The notes: generated by a model not told the origin, from the sequence alone. A stretch of 63,732 nt of DNA, filler included, from Aduncisulcus paluster (GCA_024181965.1; 5 parts of 5 records of this genome joined end to end with filler, not necessarily neighbours in it); one strand, 5' to 3'; shown: positions 11,301 through 22,208, counted from the whole stretch's first letter. Made by a program: numbers and translations.

Positions 11301-14300
11301 GTTATCAGGATATTCTTTGGAGGGCTCATTCTTTCTGTTGTTTTTATCATCTGCACGTGTGTATCATTAAGCATTGGAAAGATGTTTGTGAACATGTATG
11401 GAACTCAGCAGGAAACAACGTATTCTGTTATGTTTATATTCCACACAATGCACGCTCTAAGGTCTATTCCTGTTTCTCAGAGTACTGTATATGCTGAAGC
11501 TTGCATTGACTCGTTACGACGTTCTGGCCGTGGTCTTATTTGGGAGTATGATTTCGAGGATGAAATCGCCAGTGAATCCATGCTAAGTCTTTTATCAGAG
11601 CTTATCCTTGAGAAACAGACATCATACACTGCGGAAGATGGCCTGGTTGCTGCCTATGGAGTCAAACCCATGCGTTCAGACTTGTACTTCCCCGACTCCA
11701 TTGCCTCTCTTATGAAGCCCTCATCTCTCTCCCTTCTTGAGTATCCCACTGTCCTCCTTGAGTGCATGCCCTCAGAGGACTGGGAAGAAGGCGATGATAT
11801 CGATAGTTCAATCGAAGATACCAGGACACTCGTATCCTCTCTTTCATCTGCTTTCTCAACGCTAGGGGCTGAGGGAACATCGACTGTGGAGTTCTTTGAG
11901 GAAAACAGTGGTGATTTGTACATCTCCGTCTCATCTGATGACGATTCGTCCACGTCCGATGTCTACTCTGCTACAGTCTCATTGGGAGCCTATGGTGCCT
12001 GGAGATCCTTCAATTCGAATGCTGAATTCATAGCTACAACCCTAGGGACTGCACGTGCTGATTACATTGACTATTTCAACCATTTCAACAAGGTCATTGT
12101 CATGGTCATGGTTATTATCATGGTCATGGTTAGTCTGTTCATTGCTCTCCCCATGTTGAATCTGTTGAGTGGAGGCATTGTGAAGTATTACGCCTCACTG
12201 GATAACTATGTCAAAGTGTTGTTCTCTTTATCTTTCGAGGATTCGTATGAGATTCTTAAAAATATCATCTCTAGAGAAAAATCAACAAAGGGGAACATCA
12301 CCTCATCCAAGAAGAGACGGGAATCAAAGTTGGACGACTTTGAAGAACTCCGTCACGATGAGTTTAGTTCTGAAGGTAATGATCAACCGGGGTCTGGGTC
12401 TGGGTCTGGGTCTGAAATCCGTGATAAACCTTTTGATGACTCTCTTTCTGGTGAATCTGGGGGTCCTGTCTCTGCCAGTAGTGGTAGTTCTTCTTCTCTC
12501 AATGCTGCCCGACGTCCCAAGATCTCAAGTGATGACGATAATGCTTCTACGGATACAGACGACAGTGGTGTGAGGACAGCCTCTGACGATGGCCTCGATA
12601 GTACCGTCCGGTCTTTCCAACCCACTCAGACTGAGACCTCTACTGGTGTTGCTTCCATGACTAAATCAACTTCTTTCACTGGAACAGCACACTCATCCTC
12701 CACTGGTGTCGGAACTATATCAGATGGTCTTGATTCATCCACACACAAGCCAAGCACATCCTTTGCACCTGCCATGGCCACGTTAACTATCCCTGTCTCT
12801 TCTGCGTCCTTCTCAGCGCCTGTATCTCCTCGTTTGAAGGCGAAAGCTCTCTCCGACGCACAGTTGGGAAAGTCTATTAAAAGAACTGGGTCCCAAGATG
12901 GAATCAAATATGCAACACTCTCTTCCCTGCCCATTGATAACGATCAAGGAACAATGCTTCGTCTTAGTCAAAAGCCTAGCAGTGCTACTTCTTCTCCTCT
13001 CAATGCGAACAATGCCCTCGATGAAGATGAGCATGAAGATGGGCTCGATGGCACATCCTTTGCACCTGCCATGGCCACGTTAACTATCCCTGTCTCTTCT
13101 GCGTCCTTCTCAGCGCCTGTATCTCCTCGTTTGAAGGCGAAAGCTCTCTCCGACGCACAGTTGGGAAAGTCTATTAAAAGAACTGGGTCCCAAGATGGAA
13201 TCAAATATGCAACACTCTCTTCCCTGCCCATTGATAACGATCAAGGAACAATGCTTCGTCTTAGTCAAAAGCCTAGCAGTGCTACTTCTTCTCCTCTCAA
13301 TGCGAACAATGCCCTCGATGAAGCTGGTGTTGCTTCCATGACTAAATCAACTTCTTTCACTGGAACAGCACACTCATCCTCCACTGGTGTCGGAACTATA
13401 TCAGATGGTCTTGATTCATCCACACACAAGCCAAGCACATCCTTTGCACCTGCCATGGCCACGTTAACTATCCCTGTCTCTTCTGCGTCCTTCTCAGCGC
13501 CTGTATCTCCTCGTTTGAAGGCGAAAGCTCTCTCCGACGCACAGTTGGGAAAGTCTATTAAAAGAACTGGGTCCCAAGATGGAATCAAATATGCAACACT
13601 CTCTTCCCTGCCCATTGATAACGATCAAGGAACAATGCTTCGTCTTAGTCAAAAGCCTAGCAGTGCTACTTCTTCTCCTCTCAATGCGAACAATGCCCTC
13701 GATGAAGATGAGCATGAAGATGGGCTCGATGAAGGTGATTCTGGTTTGGATACTACAAGATCGATGACTTTCCTCAAAATATACCGATTCTTTGCTGTTA
13801 TTCTCTCCTCCCCTGCATCTTTCTGTGTTGTTTTGTTCGGTTGTGTTATTGTATTTGTATTGTGTCTATTGATATCTCTCGTTGCCATTATCAAGAGTAC
13901 TCATGTTCTTGAATATTCGCATGAAGTCGGCTCTCTGTCCATCCTTGGATCCTCTGCTCTTGCTTTGTCCACGGAGATGGTCCTTGCCGAGGTGGGATCG
14001 TTGAGTCCTGCGCATGCTCTTGCCTCAAGGGATGAGATTATTGTTGACCTTATCCAGCAACTCCGCGGCATTAATACCACATATGAGCAACTCGTGCAGG
14101 GAACGTCTTCAAGGAAGGGAATTATTGAAAGATATCCTTCCTCGATGCCTCTCATATTCACCGAACAATGTCTCAACCTTGGGAATAGTAGTTGTGCCGA
14201 CGAAGACAAGGAGACCCTTCATGATGTCATTGACTCGTTTATCCTTGATTTGACTGCCATAGCTCAGGGAGAGCAGACAGAAGGACCCCTGTTCCCGGAT

Positions 14301-14639
14301 TTTGACTCCTATGTCTCGTTGAATGCGACGAGTTATGATCAGTTGGTGGGCGGCATGGTATCGTTGGATGAGTATTTATCCACTTCTCTTGATGACACTG
14401 TATCTCTTTTCAGTTCTGTGTCTGTCGTGATGATTGTCGGTGCTGTCTTGATCCCTCTTGTCCTTGTGTATGTCGGAAATAAGGAAGTATCTGCGGCACT
14501 CCAACAAAGAGACCTTGTGTTTACAACTTTTGACCTTGTTCCAGTTGATGCCATCCCAAGAGAAACTAAAGTCGGACAAACGGTGAGTCTTCTTGTTCTG
14601 TTCATGCGAAGTGTCAATGACAAACTTCAAGAGTCATGA
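8352..14639 (+). CDS. Large multipass membrane protein, TmcB/TmcC (tiny macrocysts)-like
   Basis: About 9 N-terminal TM helices, a helical repeat VLRVYAHYVLCVCGD...DCIEMANE typical of TmcB/C TPR-like segments, and two further TM-pair-flanked extracellular regions. Confidence 0.6.
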   Translation: MENSTGSSSQANTQTFSEVLSQSSSRRSGTSSNSSSTEKTRSVTHKLLGSAFLLREHNCFPGILFPILLIFQSFQLDGIFLAALSPQHPTIRNVADSIGNIFLFGLKETLSPSEYLLIVALVAVLALLSFVAIFWGCFKSAQSMTSKLGIFALKILSTVVFVTPYIAFGPFIWFFSRLTSVSSSADYEGYSGSVRVIFVILGILGGILLFLYTYMTSVYFINPNMRTMPTYHRIHARDDRLVIICKWLAATTAWNLAPYATICSSVLFAFTIIILCIQIGYMSFYSRTTNIIQAILNSKTAVGLFIFSLYMVKGNEKVYSIGLICSIPIGIVVGILLAQSRLYSAQRGVMQAVKTYVDKYTDPFVIAQRQEEKEMKNKKKKKKSKKKNKKKKKKEEEKKKGKKSTKEKGKKKVPRISADSSEIIDGEEEEEEEMEEMEEVEEIEPKKRSIVDVTQDTGSGSSSLTVGSDISGHDIAKPSKYQCDAPDDATGSSLQGSLEPVDAITTAPNTQYEGNHIDSRQREKTQQYEKDLNARSVSRKRLDLILNRFFSWMWSSSPLNEDVSSLSHGKLKLFFSEECQVTWMSAAAVEMSLRPLLLYLRTSYILFHPLKCKAEERRVRQLLIDIIGSIFDNSLLTFGSDNPNIMGAMTMFLYAFNQDKLLYMLRRARQSHTISSDTRCVMHTAEQLFMQEQVDNSVSLKHSSALRKARRLTSQGTAQLKSLWKIIVKNAAAREKKSLDDDSIDVSLSSSSIEATSPHGSSRTSSSLRSNSRNIGGSVDSRNSSSRVMAPQDTRSGQANEHGYGNTNNTDLYTKISQMIHRKEEEIVLNKAAKGNLSVSQLKSLKQCSRVEVDPATREKVLRYTRELAHTMQEADDTFHTLLKHATPAVLRVYAHYVLCVCGDAGTSKDCIEMANEMVRAQEAVRTVAPRLSSAAIWRELVSDTGAAVEDTVSQDYLALGGETFAPGQGIQRMQDEFGSRGLVIRIFFGGLILSVVFIICTCVSLSIGKMFVNMYGTQQETTYSVMFIFHTMHALRSIPVSQSTVYAEACIDSLRRSGRGLIWEYDFEDEIASESMLSLLSELILEKQTSYTAEDGLVAAYGVKPMRSDLYFPDSIASLMKPSSLSLLEYPTVLLECMPSEDWEEGDDIDSSIEDTRTLVSSLSSAFSTLGAEGTSTVEFFEENSGDLYISVSSDDDSSTSDVYSATVSLGAYGAWRSFNSNAEFIATTLGTARADYIDYFNHFNKVIVMVMVIIMVMVSLFIALPMLNLLSGGIVKYYASLDNYVKVLFSLSFEDSYEILKNIISREKSTKGNITSSKKRRESKLDDFEELRHDEFSSEGNDQPGSGSGSGSEIRDKPFDDSLSGESGGPVSASSGSSSSLNAARRPKISSDDDNASTDTDDSGVRTASDDGLDSTVRSFQPTQTETSTGVASMTKSTSFTGTAHSSSTGVGTISDGLDSSTHKPSTSFAPAMATLTIPVSSASFSAPVSPRLKAKALSDAQLGKSIKRTGSQDGIKYATLSSLPIDNDQGTMLRLSQKPSSATSSPLNANNALDEDEHEDGLDGTSFAPAMATLTIPVSSASFSAPVSPRLKAKALSDAQLGKSIKRTGSQDGIKYATLSSLPIDNDQGTMLRLSQKPSSATSSPLNANNALDEAGVASMTKSTSFTGTAHSSSTGVGTISDGLDSSTHKPSTSFAPAMATLTIPVSSASFSAPVSPRLKAKALSDAQLGKSIKRTGSQDGIKYATLSSLPIDNDQGTMLRLSQKPSSATSSPLNANNALDEDEHEDGLDEGDSGLDTTRSMTFLKIYRFFAVILSSPASFCVVLFGCVIVFVLCLLISLVAIIKSTHVLEYSHEVGSLSILGSSALALSTEMVLAEVGSLSPAHALASRDEIIVDLIQQLRGINTTYEQLVQGTSSRKGIIERYPSSMPLIFTEQCLNLGNSSCADEDKETLHDVIDSFILDLTAIAQGEQTEGPLFPDFDSYVSLNATSYDQLVGGMVSLDEYLSTSLDDTVSLFSSVSVVMIVGAVLIPLVLVYVGNKEVSAALQQRDLVFTTFDLVPVDAIPRETKVGQTVSLLVLFMRSVNDKLQES
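12643..13731 (+). repeat. In-frame, apparently identical internal duplications (order A-B-C-B-A-B-C)
   Basis: Block A starts at 12643 and 13324; block B (TSFAPAMATL...NALDE) starts at 12754, 13051 and 13435; offsets 297 and 681 nt are multiples of 3. Confidence 0.9.
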
Positions 14640-15443
14640 GAAAAATGGTACTGACGTATTCTTTTAGAAGAAAGTAGTACAGTATAGTTGACAAACAATA
14701 GAATATATCGAAAAAAAAAAATTTTTTTCTTGATAGATGGTTTGTTTTATTTCAATTTTTATGTATAAATATAGATATTAATCAATGCCCTGGGGCTTGG
14801 ATCACATCAATTTTTCATTATATATTTCATTTTCTCTTTTATTTCTTCATTTCTTCATGCTCACAGTATTATAGTTTTTTTGATATATGTCGATTGCCAT
14901 TTAGGACATTCACTTGCCGATTATGATTCAAATTTTCTGAATCTTGAACATTTTATCTCGTCAATACGATTCACGTGATAATTATTTACCCTTCCTAGCT
15001 TGATTAATCGAATAAATAGCACCGTGTAAATTACAGATCATCATCATGTGTCACTTGGTTTTCAATGTAGGAAGATTATCAATTGATTCGAAAGATTCGA
15101 CATATAATCCTTGAGGAGTGCCAGAGTCGCTTTTTATGATTTCGTTAGTTTTTGGTTCTCCTTTTGGTGCCATTGGAAAGCAATCATATTATTCTATTGT
15201 ACTTTCTGCTCATCAAATCTAATATAGTGCTTATAATATCTTTGTTGTATGTTCAATTATTCTATTCTATTGTTCTGTGTTCGTTTGTTTGGTTTGGCTC
15301 TTTTGAAGCTTACTAGTGTTGGCTGATTATTTATATTTTTTTTATTATATTATATTTATATCATATTCGTTACATTTATTCTGTCAGATGTTATTCATCT
15401 TTTTGAATTTCTAATATATTAAAGAGAAACTCGTAGATTGCGA

Positions 15444-15900
15444 ATGAGTTCAACAATTACTGTTCAAACGATAAAACCAGTGTTTATTCATCAAGTAGAT
15501 TATGATTATTCTCTAATTTCTGGTGATTCCCCCAATATTATGACTCCAGCCGTTCCAACTATCAAAGCGAGAAATGAAACCAAGGAAGACGGTGATGAAG
15601 AGTACGATCAGAGTTGTTTTGCACAAGAGATGGTGAAAGAAGAGAGTGATTGTGGATTTTTTACCCATATTTTCATTCCTTTTTCCTCAAGTTCCCCAAT
15701 CAAGGGCGCTTATATCTCCATTCGTAATATTCCTGGTTCGCTACCTCCCTTATATCTTGTCTTCACTGTTAGTTCTTCAAAGGGTGAGAAGGTGTCCAAG
15801 AAGTACGAATTTCCTGAATTTGAAGAACATCATTGGTATTTCTTTCCTGTTGATCTCTTTGCCCTAATGTTATTCTGTGTGTGAGAACTGGAAGAGAATT
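15444..15900 (+). pseudogene. Degenerate member of a lineage-specific multicopy family (IPFSSSSPIKGAYI...KKYEFPE...WYFFPVDL)
   Basis: Motif string resembles an expanded hypothetical family I recall from Aduncisulcus (unverified). After PVDL the expected PNVILC continuation is in another frame. Confidence 0.5.
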
Positions 15901-16300
15901 GTGAAAGCAGAGTTTCTTCAGGAAGGAGATTGGAAAGTTGAAGGTCAAGATTCTATTCCCATTCTTAATATTGTTTTATGTCAGATTGAAGGGAAAGAAA
16001 TGTGGACAGAGGAAAAGAATCGATGGTTCTGGATTTGCTCCCAATGAGTTCTGAATCTCTTATCTCAAGATGAGATGGTTTATAATTGTTGATAATCGTT
16101 TCCAAAGCTATCATCAAGAATTGGATATTGACATATAATCATTTGTTGTTCATTGACGATACTGTTTGAATCTTGATCAAGACTTGATCTGGTTGAACAT
16201 TGACTCTTGGCACTTATGGAGAAAGGAAGTGTGTATATCAATTGTTCTGATAACATCGTTTTATCTTGTTAAAAATCTCATCATAAACTCGCAAAATAAC

Positions 16301-16793
16301 GTTATTACCCAATTTTAGAGTCATTTTGGAAATGGGAATTCTAAAAATAGAATTTCTAAAAATAGAAATTTTCAAAATGAAAGTGGTGTTTACCAATTTC
16401 TATGACTTCTCCTGTACCCTCTTCCGAGCAACAAAATAGTGATAGTATTCACAGAGTTGTTATTAAGAATTTGTGATCTACTGTCAATCATTCTGATTAT
16501 GTCATTAATCTTGTCAAAAAAAAACACCAAAACATTGGTTATTATCAAGGTGATTCTGGTTTGGATACTACAAGATCGATGACTTNNNNNNNNNNNNNNN
16601 NNNNNTGATAGTATTCACAGAGTTGTTATTAAGAATTTGTGATCTACTGTCAATCATTCTGATTATGTCATTAATCTTGTCAAAAAAAAACACCAAAACA
16701 TTGGTTATTATCCAATTTTAGAGTAATTTGAAAAATGTGAATTCTAAAAATAGAAATTCTAAAAATAGAAATTCTAAAAATGAAAGTGGTGTT
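16301..16793 (+). repeat. Diverged 90-bp direct repeat (16301-16390, 16704-16793) with internal ~15-bp TTCTAAAAATAGAA(A/T) units
   Basis: Both copies run GTTATTA.CCAATTTTAGAGT...TGAAAGTGGTGTT with several substitutions. Confidence 0.85.
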
Positions 16794-16849
16794 ATGATCC
16801 CATTTACACGGCCTAAACACCTGAGAAATGTGTGTTTGTTGTGAAAGAC

Positions 16850-17220
16850 GATGTTTATTGAGATGAATAAAATTAACTTTCTTGAAATTCAATGATTTTG
16901 GACAACTCCTCGTTTTCATCGTTTCTATTGTTAGATCTATCTTTCGAAGCTTTCGAAGTGCTTTCCATCGTTGATAAGTGTTCTGTCGGTCTTTGAAGAT
17001 GTTTTGGAGAGAACTTAACTCTGGGCATTGGTGACAGTCACCGTGACTTCCTGAGGAAAAGTATCTCATCCAAATTCAGCATCTACACCGAGCTCGGTGT
17101 CACCGAGATTTATTCTATTCCATCGATGATTCTATTCCATCGATATGAGAGTCTTGCATGTCAGATTGAAAATTCCATAAAAGCTAACCCATCAGAGCCT
17201 CAAAATCTGAAGATGAAAAC
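16850..17220 (-). pseudogene. Possible decayed LRR gene remnant
   Basis: Fragments LSHIDGIE and ALRKLRKIDLT in interrupted frames, with local micro-duplications. Confidence 0.3.
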
Positions 17221-18184
17221 ATCAATTTTGCCCAGAGAAGCTTCGCAATGAATAAAAATACTTCAATAAATATTTAAAACAGTATAAAATTAAGAGATAT
17301 ACTGAAATTGTCATCTTTTTTCGACCTAGAACAAAATTGTTGGAAAAGATAGGAAGAAAAGTGAGAGAAGGATTTGATGATATCAGAAACAATGAAACAA
17401 ATCAAAACCCCGGCCTTGTCATCATTTCTGACACCTTACACTATAATTAAATAAAATAAATAATTGGGGAACATATTAAAAAAATAAATCAATAAAATAA
17501 TATGCACTAAAAAACAGGACAAAGAAATAGAGATATTATGTATAATTATATAAAAATAATTATAAGATGATCTTGAAAAATGAAAAAAAAAAAAAAAAAA
17601 AAAAACCTCTATAAATAATTAAAATCCGAAAATAAAATAATATAAAAAAACAAACTTCGAGGCATTGTCATGGCTAAAAATATAAAGAGCAAAAAAAAAA
17701 AAAAAAAAAAATGAATATTTATAGATAATCTGAGAAAATAGAGAATCACAAAACACCAGAGAATCCGAGGAAGAATTAAATATAACTGATAAACGAATAA
17801 TAATAATTATAAATAATTATAAATACAGGTATTAGCTGCTCTATACTTGTAATTTCTGTGAAACATATAAATCTAATTAAAGAAACTCCCCTCAGGGAAA
17901 TAATAATAATAATAATAAAAATAAAAGTAGAAAAAGATCTCAATAAAAACGAGTTATAAATGATAATTATCAATGAAAAAGAACAAAATGACAGAAAAAA
18001 ATATGAAAATAAATGCAAGTAAAAACACAAAAAGAGACGTGCACAGAAACCAGTAACAAAATGATGAATAAATGTGTTTTAAAAAACAACAAAAACAAAA
18101 GATTGTTTTCGGATAACAACTATACACAATTCCAATAAAAGTATAGCTATACTGTACTGTACTGTACTGTACTGAACTGAATAA

Positions 18185-20689
18185 TCATTCCTCTTCCTTC
18201 TTTTCGTGTTGAATGTCATTTTCATCCCTTGTGATATCCGACTCATGACGGTGCTGTGCAGTTTCATCCTTTCTTCCTCTTCCGCTATGCCTTTCTCTCA
18301 TCCTCTCCATCCACTTGGCCTCTTCCTCGGGATTCATTTGATTCAAAAAGTCCTCAATGTTGCCTTCTTCTCCGTAATCGGCCGACTCCTCCTCTTCCTC
18401 CTCCTCTTTTATATGAGAACACCCTTCTCTCCTTCCTCGCTCCAGAATCTGAGATCTTCCCTCCTCTTCGCCTTCAGTGTCAGTGGTACTACTGGAGGTA
18501 ATGGCACCATCAATACGGTTCAAAACAAAGGTCTCACTGGTGCTGCTATGTGAGCCGTCACGATAATCCCTAGACCCATATCCAATCCTTTCATCGTCAT
18601 CTTCAACACTCTCGCCCATGCTAGCATCTTCACGAGGCGTTGAATATGTACTAATAACATCACGTGACGAGACAGGCTTGGTCTGTGAGATATAGGGTGC
18701 ACTGTACAGCCGAGAGTCAAAGGAATGTCTCTTAAAAGACGGAATGGAGCATGTCTTTGAGATGAAGAAGTCGGGAGAGGCATCTTGCTCGTCCTCATTG
18801 AGATCAACGACTTCATATTCCTCCTCCTCCTCCTCTTTTTTGTTATGTGAGACCTGTCGCTTCATCATGCTCTGGACAACATTGAGAATTTCCATCTTAG
18901 AGAACTTCACACAAGAGTCTTTCGCTGCTGCATCTACACTACTACTGACAGAACTACCACCAGTTGAAGAAATATCCAGAGAGTCTGCACTCTTTGTAAT
19001 TCCAGATATCCTTATAGAATCTTTGGAACGTCTTCTCCAACTCTTCTTATGGCTCCGATTAGATCGATCTCCACTGTCCTGGTCTCCTTTCCTCTCGCCG
19101 TTTGTTTTCCTGTCATCTCTGAGGTGGTGAGAATGTTCTCCTTTCTCCTTGGATCTCAAGAAGAATTCAGGAAGGGACAAAAGAGGCGACGGAGCAGGGA
19201 ACAAGGATAACTTGGGAAACGGACGAGCTGTGGAAGTCGGTTTCGATATTGATGTAATATTATGTCCTTCATGTTGATCCTCTTCGCCATCCCTGACACT
19301 CACAGATGTAGAGGAGAGGAAAGAAGAGAGGCCACTCACCTCAGAACGGTCAGTCTTGAAGTCACTAACCTCCCCCACCCCACCAATCATATCGAGAAGA
19401 CCATCAGGAGGCTGTTGTTGATGACGCCCGACAATATGTGAATGGCTGTGGTGGGTGTGAGATGATCCTTTGACACTCCAATGGGGATTGAGGTACAAGC
19501 GAGCAGAAGAGGACTGGCCATCACAGAAAGAGAGCTTTCTATCCAGATGAAAACCAAGGATTGAAGGAACATGGGCAGACCCACAGTCGCTTACAGATCG
19601 TTTCTCGCGATAAAACAGAGAACTATCAGCTCCATCACCTGCGCTACGCTTGATCTGTTCTTCTTTGGGCAAAGAGAAGGGATCATGAACGCTGGAAGGA
19701 CTGCCTTGAGCCAAAAATAATACTGGGGGGAATTTGGACGCGGTAGAGTTATCATCACTCTCCTTATCATGGATATTTTGGGAAAATTTCTCACATATAG
19801 GAATATAATCCTCACAATGATGATCGGAATGATCAGAGATGCACCCAGAACAGTGAGAATATGAATTGTGAAGATCAGATTGTGAAGAGGGTAATTCTAA
19901 GAAATTTTGGGGAGAATTAACACACTCATGATCGCTGGTGGGAATACCATTTTCCCGAGAAGTTGGAATATGAGGCCCGGGGTCAGAATCTTCGTCAGGA
20001 TTAGTTGTATGAGTTTCAGAACTCGAGACAGATTGAGGTAATGCCGAATTTGATGACATAAGAAGTGTTTTTGGTGCAGCTGAAGTGCCAGATTGTGCAG
20101 ATGACACGGTGCGAGGCGTGGACGAGGCAGTATGCGGGTTTGACGATGAAGCAGTATGCAAGGAGGAATAGTTATCCTTTTGATTCAATAATGATGAAGA
20201 TGACGAATGAGGGTCAAGACTTAGTCCAAGGAGTTGCGCAATACCATCAGGATCATGGGGGATTAAACCTTTTGTATTGACAGGGTGTTCTGGAATGGAA
20301 AGAACTTTTCTATGATCAAAATAATCTTTTTCAGCGTGCTCACTACTCTGTTCTTCGATGATAGGAAGATAATTTCCAGATTGAATATCAACGAATGGAA
20401 CTGAATGTGGCATCAGTGGAGTTTGGGATCTAGATAGGAGAGAATATGATCCAGGTGATGAAAAAGATCCATTTGGACTGTAAAAAATGACAGGAGCAGT
20501 TGCGCGTCTCATCTTTCCAGGTTTAATTGACGAATTGATGATTTCAGGGGAAGAAATAGCTGTTTGAAACTTTTTATATTCAAGAGATTCTTCTTCAATA
20601 ATAATTGTTGGGACTCGGCATTGATCTTGTTGAATACAATCAGAAGAAGTTGCCTTTCTAGAAAGAATTGCTTCAGTATCAGAGCTCAT
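18185..20689 (-). CDS. Ser-rich, largely disordered hypothetical protein
   Basis: 834-aa ATG ORF with coding-like GC content between AT-rich flanks. Confidence 0.8.
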   Translation of the reverse strand: MSSDTEAILSRKATSSDCIQQDQCRVPTIIIEEESLEYKKFQTAISSPEIINSSIKPGKMRRATAPVIFYSPNGSFSSPGSYSLLSRSQTPLMPHSVPFVDIQSGNYLPIIEEQSSEHAEKDYFDHRKVLSIPEHPVNTKGLIPHDPDGIAQLLGLSLDPHSSSSSLLNQKDNYSSLHTASSSNPHTASSTPRTVSSAQSGTSAAPKTLLMSSNSALPQSVSSSETHTTNPDEDSDPGPHIPTSRENGIPTSDHECVNSPQNFLELPSSQSDLHNSYSHCSGCISDHSDHHCEDYIPICEKFSQNIHDKESDDNSTASKFPPVLFLAQGSPSSVHDPFSLPKEEQIKRSAGDGADSSLFYREKRSVSDCGSAHVPSILGFHLDRKLSFCDGQSSSARLYLNPHWSVKGSSHTHHSHSHIVGRHQQQPPDGLLDMIGGVGEVSDFKTDRSEVSGLSSFLSSTSVSVRDGEEDQHEGHNITSISKPTSTARPFPKLSLFPAPSPLLSLPEFFLRSKEKGEHSHHLRDDRKTNGERKGDQDSGDRSNRSHKKSWRRRSKDSIRISGITKSADSLDISSTGGSSVSSSVDAAAKDSCVKFSKMEILNVVQSMMKRQVSHNKKEEEEEEYEVVDLNEDEQDASPDFFISKTCSIPSFKRHSFDSRLYSAPYISQTKPVSSRDVISTYSTPREDASMGESVEDDDERIGYGSRDYRDGSHSSTSETFVLNRIDGAITSSSTTDTEGEEEGRSQILERGRREGCSHIKEEEEEEESADYGEEGNIEDFLNQMNPEEEAKWMERMRERHSGRGRKDETAQHRHESDITRDENDIQHEKKEEE

Positions 20690-20854
20690 AAGATATCAAG
20701 TAAGAAAAGACAAAAAATCAAATTATATTTACAAAGATCAATAAAAAATTAAGTAAAAAAACGACAAGGCTCAGCAAAACTGGAGCAAAATTTCTGAATT
20801 TGCCACAAATTCCAAGGCAAACCATATCAGAAATATTTAAAGTGGTTTTTGCAG

Positions 20855-21599
20855 ATTGACGATCTGAAATAATAAAAAAATGGTGTTATTTATTCTAATT
20901 CAATCTTAATTCATTTGATTGAAAAAATATCGCCTGTTGGCAACACTTTGTTAACAATATTCTGACATTCAAAGCATATGATTGTCAATTCTTCATTGTG
21001 ATAATTTCAATGTGCAGCAAATTACCCGGCAATTATGCAGAATCACGACCTTTAGATATCAAAACTTTTGATCACTTGAAGTTATTAGATCTATTTATTC
21101 TCAAAGGCCATCACAAAAAGGGATCATCAAAATGGTTACAATCAATAGTATCCAATATGATTTTGAAAAACTTTTTTTTTTTCAATACATAAACAGTGGT
21201 CATACAACGGCGGATANNNNNNNNNNNNNNNNNNNNATTGACGATCTGAAATAATAAAAAAATGGTGTTATTTATTCTAATTCAATCTTAATTCATTTGA
21301 TTGAAAAAATATCGCCTGTTGGCAACACTTTGTTAACAATATTCTGACATTCAAAGCATATGATTGTCAATTCTTCATTGTGATAATTTCAATGTGCAGC
21401 AAATTACCCGGCAATTATGCAGAATCACGACCTTTAGATATCAAAACTTTTGATCACTTGAAGTTATTAGATCTATTTATTCTCAAAGGCCATCACAAAA
21501 AGGGATCATCAAAATGGTTACAATCAATAGTATCCAATATGATTTTGAAAAACTTTTTTTTTTTTCAATACATAAACAGTGGTCATACAACGGCGGATA
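20855..21599. repeat. Gap-flanking duplicated overlap (assembly artefact)
   Basis: 20855-21216 recurs at 21237-~21599 around a 20-N gap; the only difference I saw is a T-run length. Confidence 0.9.
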
Positions 21600-22208
21600 T
21601 CGAATAATAGAGGAATATAAACCAATGTATACATTCAAAGTAGAATGAGTTCGATGGACAAGGGCTGGGAAAATTAATCTACCATCTAATGTTCTTGAAC
21701 AAAATATAACATTTTAAAATTTAGAAAAAAAAACAACAACAAAAGGAGAGATGATTGGAAGAAAACAAAGAAAAAACAATGGAAAATACAATGGTAAAGA
21801 AACCATCACTGTACAGTACAGTATTGTATAATATATCACATAGGATACAAACTGAAGTCAGATCAAAAAGAAAGCAAAAGAGAATCGTTGGATCTTAAAT
21901 CCTCAAAACACATACAACAACAATCTAAGGAACTCATGAAAATAAATAATAATGTGGTAACAAAAAGAAGAAGATCACAATGCTTAAATTTGAGATTAAT
22001 AGAAATAAAATGTGACACGTGGATAGATAGCATCAAAATGACACGAATCGAAGTAAATACTATTAATTATAGTACATGGATTAAATGCCACCAAAGTGAA
22101 GTTAAGTATCCAACCGAAAAAAAAGAAAAAATATAACAAAAGATTGAGATGGAAATTTTAGGAAAGGACATAGGACATCGATAGTAATGAGTCAGTATAG
22201 TATAGATA

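Noticed and set aside
16547..16585. 39-bp copy of 13732-13770 next to a gap
   Set aside because: Ends exactly at the gap; most likely a chimeric read end rather than a real insertion.
17280..18180. A-rich tracts and small hydrophobic ORFs (17776-18030, 18079-18267)
   Set aside because: Low-complexity AT-rich UTR or intergenic sequence; no evidence of coding or retroposition.
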